Source: Octopus sinensis
Lineage: Eukaryota
Length of the DNA: 64,000 nucleotides
Reading direction: 5' to 3'
NCBI RefSeq assembly: GCF_006345805.1
Contig: NC_043006.1
Coordinates: forward strand, 83,266,001-83,330,000
Position 1 is the first letter of the stretch. Every line of letters begins with the position of its first letter. This document shows positions 13,586 to 28,044 of this stretch, piece after piece. The notes beneath the pieces are model-generated. The model did no database searches. It saw only the letters and a program-made list of their open reading frames with translations, and was not told the origin of the DNA. The position numbers and the translations under genes were made by a program.

Positions 13586-13970
13586 ATTCTTAAACAATAA
13601 TATTGCTGACAGTGACTTCGAAGTCACTGTCAACGACAATCTTGTATAAGAATAATAAATTTGTACTCTATAAAAGTATAGAGTAACCCATCAAATTAAT
13701 GTAAAATTGTTTTTATTATAACTGTATATAAAAAAATAATAAATGCGCCCTTTTAAAACCTAGCCAGGTTCATGGGCCCGGTCTGTCGCAGCGTTACTCA
13801 TTTTTGCCAGCTGAGTGAACTGGAGCAACGTGAAATGAAGTGTTTTGCTCAAGAAGACAACGCGTCGCCCGGTCCAGGAATCGAAACCACAATCTTACGA
13901 TCATAATGCTGACACACTAACCACTAAGCCACGCGCCTCCACATAACTGCATATACAAACAAACATTAAT
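13586..13970. mobile_element. Hairpin-ended repeat (family P4) interrupted by a SINE C
   Basis: Perfect 26-bp palindrome tgacagtgacttcgaagtcactgtca at 13607-13632; homologous in opposite orientation to 32780-32987. Confidence 0.7.
13731..13942 (-). mobile_element. tRNA-derived SINE family C with TSD
   Basis: A box TGGCTTAGTGG and B box GTTTCGATTCC on minus; TSD ataactgYatata at 13718-13730 and 13943-13955. Confidence 0.85.
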
Positions 13971-13986
13971 ATAAACGTATACATAT

Positions 13987-14399
13987 TCTCTCTTTCTCTT
14001 TTACTTGTTTCAGTCATTCGACTGCGGCCATGCTGGAGCACCGCCTTTTAGTCAAGCAAATCGACCCCGGGACTTATTCTTTGTAAGCCCAGTACTTATT
14101 CTATCGGTCTCTTTTGCCGAACCGCTAAGTGACGGGGACGTAAACACACCAGCATCAGTTGTCAAGCAATGCTAGGGGGACAAACACAGACACACAAACA
14201 TACACACACACACTTATATACATATATACATATATACGACAGGCTTCTTTCAGTTTCCGTCTACCAAATCCACTCACAAGGCATTGGTCAGCCCGGGGCT
14301 ATAGCAGAAGACACTTGCCCAAGATGTCACGCAGTGGGACTGAACCCGGAACCATGTGGTTGGTTAGCAAGCTACTTACCACACAGCCACTCCTGCGCC
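13987..14399 (-). mobile_element. Full-length SINE family B (CORE-like, internal microsatellite)
   Basis: tRNA-like head (TGGCTGTGTGG, GGTTCAGTCC), CORE-like CTTGGGCAAGT, internal TA/CA tract and AAAGAG-type tail. Confidence 0.9.
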
Positions 14400-14401
14400 T
14401 A

Positions 14402-14432
<31 letters not shown>

Positions 14433-14974
14433 GCGTGTGTAAATAAATAAATGCACACACGTACACACGCACACACGCACACACACACACACACACACAC
14501 GTATACCATAAAATCAAACATACTGTTGATAGGCTACGAGTTGTTTTCTTTTGCTTGTTTAGTTTTTTTTTTTGGTCTATTTTTATTGTGATTTTTGAAT
14601 CAGTTATTTATTATTTCAAATAGATATGACATTGAGTTGCCATCCCCTGCAAAACGGGAATGTCATGTGTAAGCATTGTCAAGAGCCTGTAGTTGTACAA
14701 TGAATGAACTGTGAAAATCCTGTCATTGCCTATTCACTTGAATGCACTTATACAACACGCCATCATATCTGGCTTCTTTTTCATTTATTATTTCATTGTC
14801 TTAACAACGTTAAACTGTACAAGCATAAATAAATATGCAGTTTTGATGTATGGCGCACATTATAGTGATTCGAATGTGCAATGTGAGCATCACTATAGCA
14901 TGCGACATCTTGGCAAGCATCATTTTACATACCTTGTGAGAGTAAATGTGTTAGATAGAAATTGCGTCGAAGTT

Positions 14975-15130
14975 CTACCAGAGGGCGCACACTTTCCTAC
15001 TCTGATGTAATCTCCAGGGGTACAGGCATCCAGCAACAGGACCTCCGTAGTGCTATGATGGACCGTGAAGTCTGGCGTAACATAGTCAATTCCATTTCTC
15101 GACCACGCTCGAACAATGATGATGATGATC
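14975..15130 (+). pseudogene. 3' end of a non-LTR retrotransposon (RTE-like) with (GAT)n tail
   Basis: Translates RGRTLSYSDVISRGTGIQQQDLRSAMMDREVWRNIV (the A.DR..WR C-terminal motif), followed by tgatgatgatgat. Confidence 0.7.
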
Positions 15131-15154
15131 TATCAGTAATTCGATGGTCTTGAT

Positions 15155-15480
15155 CAAGGGGTGTCAACCAGCGTCCATATGAGATATGGCGTGGGGAGCG
15201 GTCCACGCAACAAAATTGTAAATTGGGGGATCCACAATAATATTTTAAGCGCCCCTGAAAAAATTTTGATTTAGATGTATGTATTGGTATGTATTACAAG
15301 AAACAGCTAGGTTTCTTTCTCTGACATTTTACATAGTTCAATCTACAAGTTAATGTGTGAAAAACAAAACTGGAAAATTGACAGAAGTTTCTATAAAAAA
15401 TATTTTAGACATCAAATTTAGACACCAGAATAAAATAGTGGTCAAAGGGTCGATAGGTAAAAAATAGCTGGGAAACCCTG
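15155..15480. mobile_element. Non-autonomous hAT (Charlie-like) DNA transposon
   Basis: Ends caaggggtgtcaacc and gggaaaccctg; 8-bp TSD gtcttgat/gtctagac fits the NTCTAGAN Charlie target consensus. Confidence 0.7.
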
Positions 15481-15749
15481 GTCTAGACTTATCACATTGT
15501 ATCAGGCTGATTTCGCCTGAGAATTATACTAAGAATTACACGTCTCTGTGCGATGATCGTCAGTCAACGTATACTTTCAATGTTATACTTTCATAAATAT
15601 CTGACATTAATTGAAAAGTTCCCTTTGATCTATTGCAATATATTTATATATCGGATTTATGAAATTACTGGCACCGAGTTCATAACGTATTTGAATAAAT
15701 AATTCATACTCTACTCATGTAATGTTGAATTATTCTGGTTCATGTATCT

Positions 15750-15985
15750 TTTATTTTTTATCTTCAGCTGAGGAACCACTTTGAAGAATTTTAGTCGAAT
15801 GAATCGACCTTAGTACTTTTCTTTTTCTGCTTCTTTTCTTTATTTTATTTATTTATTTATTTTTTTTTTGTTAAGCTTGGTCGTTATTCTATCGGCCACT
15901 TTTGCGGACCGCTTATTTAACATAACCAGTTGTCAAGCGGTGATTGGGGGAGAAATAACAACCACACACACAAATATATTATATG

Positions 15986-16035
<50 letters not shown>

Positions 16036-16220
16036 ATATAATATATATATATATATATATATTCGACGGGCTACTTTTAGTTTCCGTTTACCAAATCCAC
16101 TAACAAGTCTTTTTTGGTTGGCCGGAGGTTATAGAAGAAGGCACTTGCCCAAGCTCCACACAGTGGGACTGAACCCAGGACCATGTGGTTGGGAAGCAGA
16201 CTTCTTACCTCACAACCATC
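15750..16220 (-). mobile_element. Diverged SINE family B
   Basis: Both halves are recognisable around an internal (TA)n. Confidence 0.7.
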
Positions 16221-16422
16221 CTGAACGAGTACATACATACATACATACATACATACATACATACATACATACATACATACATACATACATACATACATAC
16301 ATACATACATACATACGTACGGACTTACGGTTATACATCTGCATTACATCTGACGAGACTGAGGCTGATAATTACGAATGTGAGGGATAAAACCCGTATT
16401 ATTATAATATATATGATATATA

Positions 16423-16453
<31 letters not shown>

Positions 16454-16573
16454 ATGTGAAATAGAAAGATGAATAATCTTGTTGCAGATTAATCAAAAGT
16501 TTAACCGACGTAGAATGAAATAAAACGATTTCTGTTCAATCTTCGTTCAACTCCATTTCTTCAATTCACTAAT

Positions 16574-16618
<45 letters not shown>

Positions 16619-16892
16619 TTAGTAACTATGATACTTTGTAGTATTACTAATTATGATCAACACAAGTTTATATTATTAGTTGTCTGTAACATATTTCAGT
16701 AAAGTGTTTCCTGATTAACCGTTGTGATTAAGCAACCAACTGTATTTGGAAAATCCCATGCAGAGTTCCAAACGAACACAATGGTCGAACGTACATTCTA
16801 TAAACTTACGGTTATCGTAATTTTTCATATGTATGGTCACACACACACACACACACATGTGCATACATATAAATTTAGATAGTGTGAGAGAC

Positions 16893-16995
<103 letters not shown>

Positions 16996-17946
16996 TGTAC
17001 ATGCGCGTGTTTATACATACGTTTGAATATGTATTGGTCTGTAGCTGTATATTGTCAAAGATATGTCTCTATATGCAGCATAATTTACCAAATTCTTTCA
17101 TAATCACCGCAAAAAAAAAAAAAAAATGATGGAGACGTAGTAGGACAGTAGATTTTGTACCTAATCGTTTTAACCAAACCATTTTCAGTTCCACATTTCT
17201 GGGGAAAAAAACTATAAATCACAAGGAAGGAACAGGAACTTCAATGTTCTTTTATTTTTTCTATGTTTTTTATATATCATTTATAGGGGGAATTTTTTTT
17301 TTATGTAATACATATAGACAAAAAAAAGTAGCCAATGAAAAAAATATACATTTTCTGATAGTGAACCTTGTATATCCGGGACTAATGCGTAAGTGCGTTG
17401 TGGCAACCTTTCACATAATTGTGAAAATAATGATATTCAAAATAGTTCCTGCTCATTATAACGAGATGTAAGTTAAGCCATTTGATCTACGCAAGAGTCG
17501 AGTCGCTGTTGTAAATGTATATTTGCCTTATTCTCATGTATGGCACTCTAATTTTAACATCGGGTTTTTATTTTTTCTCAGTCAGCTTCCAGCGGTTGTA
17601 GTCTTTTCTCTTTTTATATATATTTGGAGGGGGTGTTTCACATGTTTATGTTGTTTTTTTTTAGTAAAGTTTCTATTTTCCCCTGTATTTATTATTTTCT
17701 TTTTATTTTAGTTTTACAAATTCGTATATATTTTGCCCTTCTGACACCCCGTTTTCTTTCTGTTTTTTTCTTTTTTTTTTTACACATTCGGATTAATTTT
17801 CAGGCTCATTTCCGAAAAAAAAAATCAAAAATATAATAAAAAATAAAATAAATCTGAATAAATTTCAGTGCTTCTTCTTTTCTTCTTCGGTTCATATCTA
17901 TCTTTGAATCATCTCAGTTCAAACGATATACTTTATTGTTGTTGTT

Positions 17947-18012
<66 letters not shown>

Positions 18013-18575
18013 AAATAGCTGAAATAAACCACTCCTACACTTAGTGAAAATTTCCTAAATTCCTTCAACTGACAGTTTACACATATCGGAAAACAGATTA
18101 TATTCTTTAACCTTAACAGCCTGTTCTTTTTCTTTTTCTTTTTTTTCTGGAATTTGACTCGAAAGAGAGGATAGTAGGGCGGAAGCAAAATAATAAAAGT
18201 GATAATAATGATAGCTAATATAACCACCCGGCCGCACATTTTAGGAATTGGCTGAGTATATAGTTTATTATATCGATCGAAGTACTTGACTGTTGCTTTA
18301 TCACCACCGGAAGGATGAAAGCCAAAATTAACTCGGGAAAGGGGTTGAAAGGGAAAACAGGAAGAGACGGAACTAAATATCGGAAAGCACACTAGCGATT
18401 CTGACAACCTAGCATCGACTCCCGTACTAGAAGGGGTATTCTTGTTTTATCAGCCACAGAGGGATACAAGGCGGAGTTGACCTTCGTGGAATTGGTACTT
18501 AGAAAGTAAAGAATCGGAAGAAATACTGCTAAGCAATTTTTCCGACACTTTAAGAATTCGACCAACACAGCACCC

Positions 18576-18630
<55 letters not shown>

Positions 18631-18651
18631 GACAACAACAACAACAACAAT

Positions 18652-19470
18652 AATGGTTTCAAATTTTGCCACAAGGCTAGCAGTTTTGGGGGAGAGGATG
18701 AGTTGATTACATCGACCTCAGCGTTCAACAAGTACTTGTTTAATCGATTCCCGAAAAGATGAAAGACAAAATCGACCTTGGTGGAATTTGAACTCACAAC
18801 GTAGCGACGGGCGAAATACCTATTTCTTTCCTACCCACAAGGGGCTAAGAACAGAGAGGACAAACAAGGACAGACAAACGGATTAAGACGATTATATCGA
18901 CCCCAGTGCGTAACTGGTACTTATTTAATCTACCGCGAATGGATGAAAGGCAAAGTCCACCTCGGCGGAATTTGAACTCAGAACGTAGCGGCAGACGAAA
19001 TACCGCTAAGCATTTCGCCCGGCGTGCTAACGATTCTGCCAGCTCGCCGCCTCTAAAAGTACCTGTTTCTTTACTACCCACAAGGGGCTAAACACAGAGG
19101 GGACAAACAAGGACAGACAAACGGATTAAGTCGATTACATCGACCCCAGTGCGTAACTGGTACTTAATTTATCGACCCCCCAAAAGTATGGTAGGCAAAG
19201 TCGACCTCGGTGGAATTTAAACTCAGAATGTAACGGCAGACGAAATACCTATTTCTTTACTACCCACAAGGGGCTAAACACGGAGGGGACAAACAAGGAC
19301 AGACAAACGGATTAAGTCGATTATATCGACCTCAGTGCGTAACTGGTACTTATTTAATGGACCCCGAAACAATGAAAGGCAAAGTCGACCTCGGCGAAAT
19401 TTGAACTCAGAACGTAACGGCAGACGAAATACGGATACACATTTCACCCGGCGTGCTAACGATTCTGCAA
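18652..19470 (-). mobile_element. Cluster of four SINE A units (two nested dimers)
   Basis: Sense head GGCGAGCTGGCAGAATCGTTAGCACG, B box GAGTTCAAATTCC, body GCCTTTCATCCTTTCGGGGTCGAT; tail-to-body junctions at about 18820 and 19250. Confidence 0.9.
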
Positions 19471-20675
19471 AAAAAAAAAAAGATAATAAATAAATAAATA
19501 AATGAATAAATAAATAAAAGAAACATTGAAATACACAGCGAAGACAAAAACGTGTGGTATGTAAACATATACACAAAATAAATACATATATACATGCACA
19601 CGATCATATACCGTATACACCGCACACACGAGAAGGTTTCCGAAGCTAAAACACGAAATCTTCTTATTCTTTAATGCGTTGTCAATGTTTAACAGTTTCT
19701 AAGGACTATTTCCCAGAAAGCAATAACAATAAGAGCTACCCACTTGTTATATTTCTTGTCTCCTAAATACCTGACAAATGTTGTTATCTTAGAGTTCGTG
19801 GGAGGTCCGTCGTTATCATTGAAAACCTGGTGGCGCTGTTGTTGTTACTACATAGGTTGTTTCTGGAATCGCGCAATAATATGGTGGAGTTCCAGCAGTT
19901 ATGTTTGTTTGTAAAAACGTTCGTGTATCCATACACACACATAGATGCGTATCATACATGCATACACACACACACACAGATATATATATATATACATATG
20001 CGCACATAAGTTTCCATATATACATACACACAGGCACGTACACACGCACACATACCACATACATACCATGCATATGAATGTATATATCTATGTATATATG
20101 AATTTCTGTATGTTGATATATATGTGTGTGTGTGTGTGTGTACGTGAATGTAGTTATCTGTGGTGGTCATTATCAGAAATGAAATTCTAGTGCTTTTGGG
20201 TTTGCTTTTTGTTTTGTTTTTGGTTGTGTTTTTTTTTTTCAAAACCATTGATTACTTCCTAGCTAAAAAGAAATACAAGAAACAAATATAAAAAAAAAAC
20301 AAAAACAACGTACAAAAATAAAGGCAATAAAGTAAAGAAAAAAACAATAAAAATACAAAAAGGAGAGAATGGAAAGTAGAAGCCAAACAAAAAAAGAGTG
20401 CAAAAACAAAAATATAAAAGTAAAGAAATTAAAAAATAAAAATATAAATAAATGCAGGAAAAGGAAAAGAAACAGAAATAAGTAAAAGAAACAAATGAAA
20501 AATGCAAAATAAAATAAAGACTAATAAAGAAGAAAATCAGGGAGATAGAGAGGAAAAAATTTGGTGAAAGAGTGTCACATAAATGGATAAAAACTCTCGT
20601 GGAAGATAATGCTAAGACTTAGTGTTGTTGATACCACGGACTTTTGTTTCTAGATGTGTTTATTTTCTGGGCATT

Positions 20676-21293
20676 CTTTTCTACTCGAGGCACAAAATCC
20701 GAACTTTGTGGGGAGGGGGATTAATTCATCGCCCCCCCCCCCCAGTACGCAACTGGTACTTAATTTATCGATCTCCGAAAGGATAAAAGGCAAAGTCGAC
20801 CTCGGCGGAATTTGAACTCAGAACGTAAAGACAGATGAAATACTGCTAAGCATTTCGCCCAGTGTGCAAACGTTTCTTATTTCTTTATTGCCCACAAGGG
20901 GCTAAATATAGAAGGGACAAACAAGGACAGACAAATGGATTAAATTGTTCACATCGACCCCAGTGCATAACTGGTACTTAATTTATCGACCCCGAAAGGC
21001 TAAAGGGCAAAGTTCACCTTGGCGAAACTTGAACTCAGAACGTAAAAACAGATGAAATACCTATTTCTTTACTACCCACAAGGGGCTAAACATAGAGGAG
21101 ATAAACAATGACAGACAAAGTGATTAAGTCGATTATATCGACCCTAGTGCGTAACTGATACTTATTTAATTCACCCCAAAAGGCTAAAAGGCAAAGTCGA
21201 CCTCGGCGAAATTTGAACTCAGAACGTAGCGGCAGACGAAATACTGCTAAGCATTTCGCCCTGCGTGCTAACGTTTCAGCCAGCTCTCCGCCT
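20676..21293 (-). mobile_element. SINE A trimer flanked by an 83-bp direct repeat
   Basis: Three bodies; flanks 20593-20675 and 21295-21377 are direct repeats. Confidence 0.9.
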
Positions 21294-21829
21294 TACTCTT
21301 GTGGAAGATAATTCTAAGAGTTAGTGATGTTGATATCACCGACTTTTGTTTCTAGATCTGTTTATTTTTTGGACATTAAGATAGCTTACAGCTTGAAGAT
21401 GTACGTGTTTGTGTGCCTGCGTGTGTGAGAGAGAGGAAGGGAGATGGAGAGAGGGGGAGGAGAGAGAGGGATATGGAGAGAGGGATAGGGATATGGAGAG
21501 AGGGAGAGGGATATGGAGAGAGGGAGAGGAGAGGGGGATAGTCAGAATGTTGTGAATGTATATATGCACGAATGCAAATATATACGTATGTATGTACATG
21601 TACATATGTGTGTATATATAAGTATATATACACATTCTTAGATAGATAGATAGATAGATAGATAGACCGAGAGGCAGATAGATTACACATGTGGCAAAAA
21701 AGAAAGCAATGAACCATTACATACATATGTTGCTGTCTGATAAACTACGTCATGCGCGCGCACGCACACACATACATATATGTGTCTGTGTGTGAGAGTG
21801 GTTGTGCTTATATTCCCACTATTGAAAAG

Positions 21830-22345
21830 ACTGCCTCCACGCGCTGCTACTACACTTTCGTCCTTGCCAGCAAAAGGCTTCTTCGTTCGTCCCCTTGTGT
21901 GGTTGATTTCCTGTATAGTATTCTTGTTATTTTCTCGTTTTGTAACTAATTGTACTTTTTGTACATGTATTTTTATTTTTGCAGTTTTATTGTTTGTCTA
22001 TGCCAGAAAAAAGGCTTTTTCGTTCGTCCTCTTGTGTTTATTTTTGTACATGTATTTTTATTTTTGCAGTCTTATTGTTACGTCTTGTTTGTGTTCGTAC
22101 TCATTGTGCCCCGCTGCTTGAAATTTTATTTTATTCTCTCGCAGGAAGGCCTATTGGATTAGTGTTCTGTTATGCCTTCGAAACATGCCTGACTCCTCTA
22201 GCGACAGCTGATGACGGGGGTTTTGTCCTTGTGTAGCTCGTCCTGTATTTGTTTTTCGTTTTCCGTTTTCTTGTTTTTTTGTTTTTTGGCTTTTTCCGTT
22301 TCTACGTCTTATTGTGATGTCCTGTACTCCCGTATAATTATTTAT
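21830..22345 (+). repeat. T-rich repeat with internal partial tandem duplication and CTGATGA motif (family P3)
   Basis: aaaaggcttYttcgttcgtcc and tgtacatgtatttttatttttgcagt each occur twice; the 3' part resembles 61025-61200. Confidence 0.55.
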
Positions 22346-22423
22346 ATATGCATGTATATATACATGTAGATGTAGGTACGTACATATATGTTTGTATGTA
22401 TGCATATATTTTTATTTATCTCC

Positions 22424-22458
<35 letters not shown>

Positions 22459-23330
22459 ATATTATATATATGTATAAACATGTATGAACACACACACCTA
22501 TATGTACGTATGTATATATATATAGAGAGACACAAGTATATATGCATGTCTATAGTTAGATATGTGCATACACACACATACATATATATGTCTGTGTGTG
22601 AATGGGGGGGGCGTGGCTGTGCTTATATATATATACATCTCCAAACCTTCTAATAAATATATATGAATATACATATATGTATATATATATGTGTGTGTAT
22701 ATATATATGTATATATGTGTGTATTTATATATACATATATGTGTGTGTATATGTATATATGTATAAACACATATACATGCATATCTATATTTATATATAT
22801 ATGCATACACACACATACATGTATGTATGTATATATGTGTATGGGTATGTGTGCATGTATGTATGTACGAATGTATGTATACCATAGTGCTTAAACTACA
22901 GGGCACTCCCTTCATCAAGTTCCGATCAGAGATCACAACAATTTCTGCACCTACTGAGTCTAACATCGCCTCCTCTGTGCTGGGGCGGAACAGCATTAAT
23001 GCTACATTTAACCCTCGCACCGAATCGAGTGCAGCTGGAATATCCAACCACGCTACACATCCTTAGTTTTACTCCTCATTTGGTATTTGTTCTATGCACC
23101 TATTCTTACTCTTTCACAGATGTTTTTTCCACAAACATTCCTTATATCCATGCCGAATTATTTTCATATTCTATCGCCAGTTCACAGACCACTGTCCTAC
23201 TAACTTATCAGAGTCCAATCCCAACCAGATAGGGTATAGTGGATCCGACTAGAAACCCAAGATGTCCCAACTTTCAAATTTACAGAAAACAAAGAATTTT
23301 GATTTACTGTCGAGTGACTTCGACCAAATC

Positions 23331-23390
<60 letters not shown>

Positions 23391-23418
23391 TTATATATAT
23401 TTATTTATTTATTTATAT

Positions 23419-23678
23419 AATAAAAAATAAATGCGCCCTTTTGAGCCTAGCCAGGCTCATGGGCCCGGTTTCCCGGTTTCAATGGCGTATGTGTTCCCCA
23501 GCTGGACAGGACGCCAGTCCATCGCAGTGTTACTCATTTTTGCCAGCTGAGTTGACTGGAGCAACGTAAAATGAAGTGTTTTGCTCAAGAACACAACGCG
23601 TCGCCCGGTCCAGGAATAGAAGCCACAATCTTACCATCATGATGCTAACACCCTAACCACTAAGCCACACGCCTCCAC
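23419..23678 (-). mobile_element. Near full-length SINE family C
   Basis: tRNA-like head; central TGCGATGGACTGGCGTCCTGTCCAG (resembles the V-SINE domain); A/T-rich tail. Confidence 0.85.
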
Positions 23679-23708
23679 ACACACACACACACACATATAT
23701 ATACATAC

Positions 23709-23739
<31 letters not shown>

Positions 23740-23853
23740 AAAGTATGCATATATGTGCATAGGTATATATGTGTGTGCACATGTGTATATATGCATCTAT
23801 ATGTATGTTTGTATGTGTATATGCATATAAATATATAGACGCATATACATACA

Positions 23854-23887
<34 letters not shown>

Positions 23888-24584
23888 CATACATATTTAT
23901 ATATACACACGCCTCTGTATCGCTTTATCTCTAGTCTAGTAGCCTGGGTTTCTGCTAGAAACGGCGATTAACCAAATTATAAGTAGCCCTTATGCCAAAA
24001 AAGCCGTTCAACATTAACACACACAATTATCATCAACATCATTAGCAAATAACACACGCAATTATCAACATGAACATCATTAGTAAATAACAAATTAATA
24101 TTTTAATTTTAAAGGAAAAAGAACACGTTCTCTTATCTATGGTGAATTTTTCCCTGTTATCTCAAGTTTGATACGTGAATACTGTGGTTTTAGGAACCAC
24201 ATTTTAAAGATATCCTGTCCGTTATATGTTCACACACACACACACACACACTCTCTCTCTCTCGTACATATATGCATACAAGTATATTTACGCACAAATT
24301 TACGCAAATAGATACGCATAAATACGCTTGCATTTACGCACACAGGCATAAATACGCCTGCATTCATGAAGACACGTTTTGTCTGATACACTACATCACA
24401 AATATAGACTTATATAGGAGCTAAAAAGACACCCGGATGCATACACACACACACACATACAGAGGCACAGACTCCCGGACACAAACACTTTAAGCACAAA
24501 CATACAAACACAAACACACATGCATTTACTTCTTGTCATACAGACGTATTTGGATAGGACACTGTTGTAATATACGCATCTTAA

Positions 24585-24714
24585 CCGAGGTCGACTTTGC
24601 CTTTCATCCTTTCGAGGTCGATGAATTACGTACCAGTTGCGTAGTGGGGTCGATCTAATCGACTGCCCACCGCCCTCTCCATAAAGTTCGTACCTTGTGC
24701 CTAGAGTAGAAAAG
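24585..24714 (+). mobile_element. 5'-truncated SINE A (old tail type) with 16-bp TSD
   Basis: TSD aatatacgcatcttaa at 24569-24584 and 24715-24730. Confidence 0.9.
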
Positions 24715-24739
24715 AATATACGCATCTTAAGCTTGTATA

Positions 24740-25095
24740 GAGTGGCAAAACGTTTGCTTCCCAACCACATGGTTCCGGGTTCATTTCCACAGCGTGGCAT
24801 CTTCGGCATGCGTCTTGGACAATAGCCTCAGGCTGACCAAAGCTTTGTGAATGGATTTGGTTGACGGAAACTGAAAGAAGCCCATCGTATGCATATGTAT
24901 TTGTATGTGTGTGTGCGTCTGCGCGCGTGCATCTTTGATAACCGGTGTTGATATGTATACATCCCTGAAACAGTGTTTTGGCAAAAGAGACTGATAGAAT
25001 GATAGAATAGAATCAAGCTTTAAAAAAAGTAATAAGTAATGAGGTCGATTTGTTCGGCTAAAATTCTTCAAGGCTCTGCCCCAGCTTGGCCATAT
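24740..25095 (+). mobile_element. SINE family B
   Basis: Contains ccaaccacatggttccgggttc...gacggaaactgaaagaagccc...ggtcgatttgttcg. Confidence 0.8.
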
Positions 25096-25197
25096 TTATT
25101 GTCAATTGGAAAGGAAAAGATACCTGCCTAATAAATATGCAGAACATACATTTATCTCTTTATAAACGCACACGATCGAACCTACACTGTGCCTCTT

Positions 25198-25246
<49 letters not shown>

Positions 25247-25379
25247 ACTCACTCACGCTCTCTCACTCACTCTCTCTCTCTCTCTCTCCTTTTCTCTCAT
25301 TTTTCATATCTACGTATCTTTCTAAGCAGGCGTGTGCGTGTACGCGTGCGTGTATGTGTGCGTGAATGTGTCTGTCTGT

Positions 25380-25453
<74 letters not shown>

Positions 25454-26007
25454 CTGTGTGCTTGTGTATATGTTTGCCAAACTGCAACTAAAGCCTCATT
25501 TAATATTTACTTTAAAATATTGGCGAATTAACCGTTTCTCAGAGACCAATTACAGCCGCCATGTTGACAGGTTGCCGTGATTTCAATAATCCTAAACAGG
25601 AAACAAAATTATGGATGTTTATTTAAATAAGCTATTTACCATTATTAAAATACTTATTTTCAGCACTTTCTATTAAAATTAAGAAAATAGACTCATCACC
25701 TACATTTTTTGTAACTTAGGTTGAAAAAACCTTAACAAATGTGTTTCATTATACTCTAAAGATTTCGTTCTCTTACAATACACATATATACACGTATGTA
25801 TGCATATATAAATATATATATATATGTTGGATTAGTGCTTAAGCACTGCAAAAATAAATCCATAGTATTTGTCTATTTAACGGTTTAACACGATTAAAAT
25901 CCAATATGTTATTATACCGATGCAACATGTAATTTTCGATTTTATTTCCTGATGAAAAGGTTTGCACCTCTCATTAAAATTAATTGATTGTGTATGTATG
26001 TGTGTAT

Positions 26008-26047
<40 letters not shown>

Positions 26048-26361
26048 TATATATATATATATAATGTACGTACATACGAAGGTATGTACGTACGTATGTA
26101 TGTTCATTCAAATATGAAATAGAAGCAGAGCTAGTGTGGTAAACACTATCGCCCACGTATACTTCACGTATATTATGCTTCGTGTATTTGCTGCGATATT
26201 GGAGAGCATTCTTGCAAAGCGCCTGATCATGACTTGCAGGTGTTTTAATGTTCTAACACCCTGTGCTTTGAGAGAGTATTCTCTACCACTCCAAGGCGCA
26301 GCCTTCAAGCAAACACACGAAACGTACAGGTTAAGAATATGTAGGCGATAAGGTATACATA

Positions 26362-26419
<58 letters not shown>

Positions 26420-26422
26420 TAT

Positions 26423-26457
<35 letters not shown>

Positions 26458-26458
26458 T

Positions 26459-26528
<70 letters not shown>

Positions 26529-27042
26529 CAGATAGATAGATAGATGATATGTATGTATGTATGTAATATATATATATTTATATGTATCATGATTAGTAGT
26601 AAGAACTACAGAATTTAGTAATGAAATTTTGAAACGTAGTTCTGTGTGTGTGTGTGTGTGTGTGTGTACGCGCGGGCGTATCTGAGCGTGTATGTACATG
26701 TACTACATGGACGGGGTGCCAATCGAGGATATGTGAGTTGTTGGTGTTTTTTTTAAATATAAAGTAAGAATGTTAGCAGCATAGCTCGTGGCTATTTCGC
26801 TTAACATGTGTTACACACGGCTAACAACGTTTGTAAAAGCCTGAATGTTACGGCTGTTTTTGTTTCCCTACTCATCACCACCCACTGTCAGACAGTCTTT
26901 TCCGCCGCAGTAGTTTATAGGGTTGATCACTTGTGAGAATATACTTCCCTGATGGAATTTCAAACAACTGAATATTTATCACTGAGATAAATAATTGTGT
27001 GGATGAGTGTGGATATATATATATGTGTGTGGGGGGGGGTGT

Positions 27043-27096
<54 letters not shown>

Positions 27097-27134
27097 ATCT
27101 ATTTGTGTGTGTATCTGTATACATACATACATTC

Positions 27135-27165
<31 letters not shown>

Positions 27166-27226
27166 TTTATGAATGTATGTATATATACATACATGCACAC
27201 ATACATACATAAATGCATAAATATAT

Positions 27227-27284
<58 letters not shown>

Positions 27285-28044
27285 GAATGTATGTATGTAT
27301 ACAGATATACACACACAAATATATATATATACACACATGTATATAAATCGAGGGAGAGAGAGGGGGTACGTGCACACACATATATATTTTAAGTTGTAGA
27401 ACATTGATATGCATACACACACACACATTATACATATGTATATGTATGTGTGTGTGTATATGTAAACATATATAAATAATATATAAAAACAGGTTGATAT
27501 ATATGTACAGGCATATATGAGTATGTCTCTACGTTTGTATATGTAAGAGACATACACATATATGTATATGCATGTATGTTTATTCATGTGTGTGTATGTA
27601 TGTACGTATGTATGTATGTATGTATATACGTATAAATGTATGTATGTATGTAAGAATTTCTATATGTATACGTAACATATGCATTAGTCGCGTATTTAAA
27701 AAATTTTACTCACAAATAATTTAAAATACTCTCGTCTGGTGTTCACGCTTCCTCCATCATCCGATAAACATTAAAGCGAGATTATTTTTTGTATATATTA
27801 TACTACAAAGTACACAAAGTACATCTTTTGATGTCGACACTCGAGAGGTTTTCCATGTTTTCAAAGATTTTCTAGCAATTAATTATGGAACCGAGTTTTG
27901 TATAACTAAGTTGGCTATACTGAAGGGATTTGTAATATAAGTCGCTTCATCCCAACGCCGCCATTTGAATTATGGTAGACTTATTACCGAATTATTAGAT
28001 GTGGTTTGAAAAGAGTGAAATAACTTGTTTGATCGTTGTTTTGG

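Noticed and set aside
18652-19470. Regularly repeated blocks resembling a CRISPR array
   Set aside because: Units are ~190-230-bp SINE monomers with no unique spacers; eukaryotic context and no cas genes.
19820-19840. CTCF-like motif cctggtggcgctg, and YY1-like gccgccat at about 25555 and 27957
   Set aside because: Single short motif matches are expected by chance in 64 kb.
22885-23330. Unique, moderately GC-rich stretch with short ORFs on both strands
   Set aside because: No recognisable motif or convincing splice-site pair; left unassigned.
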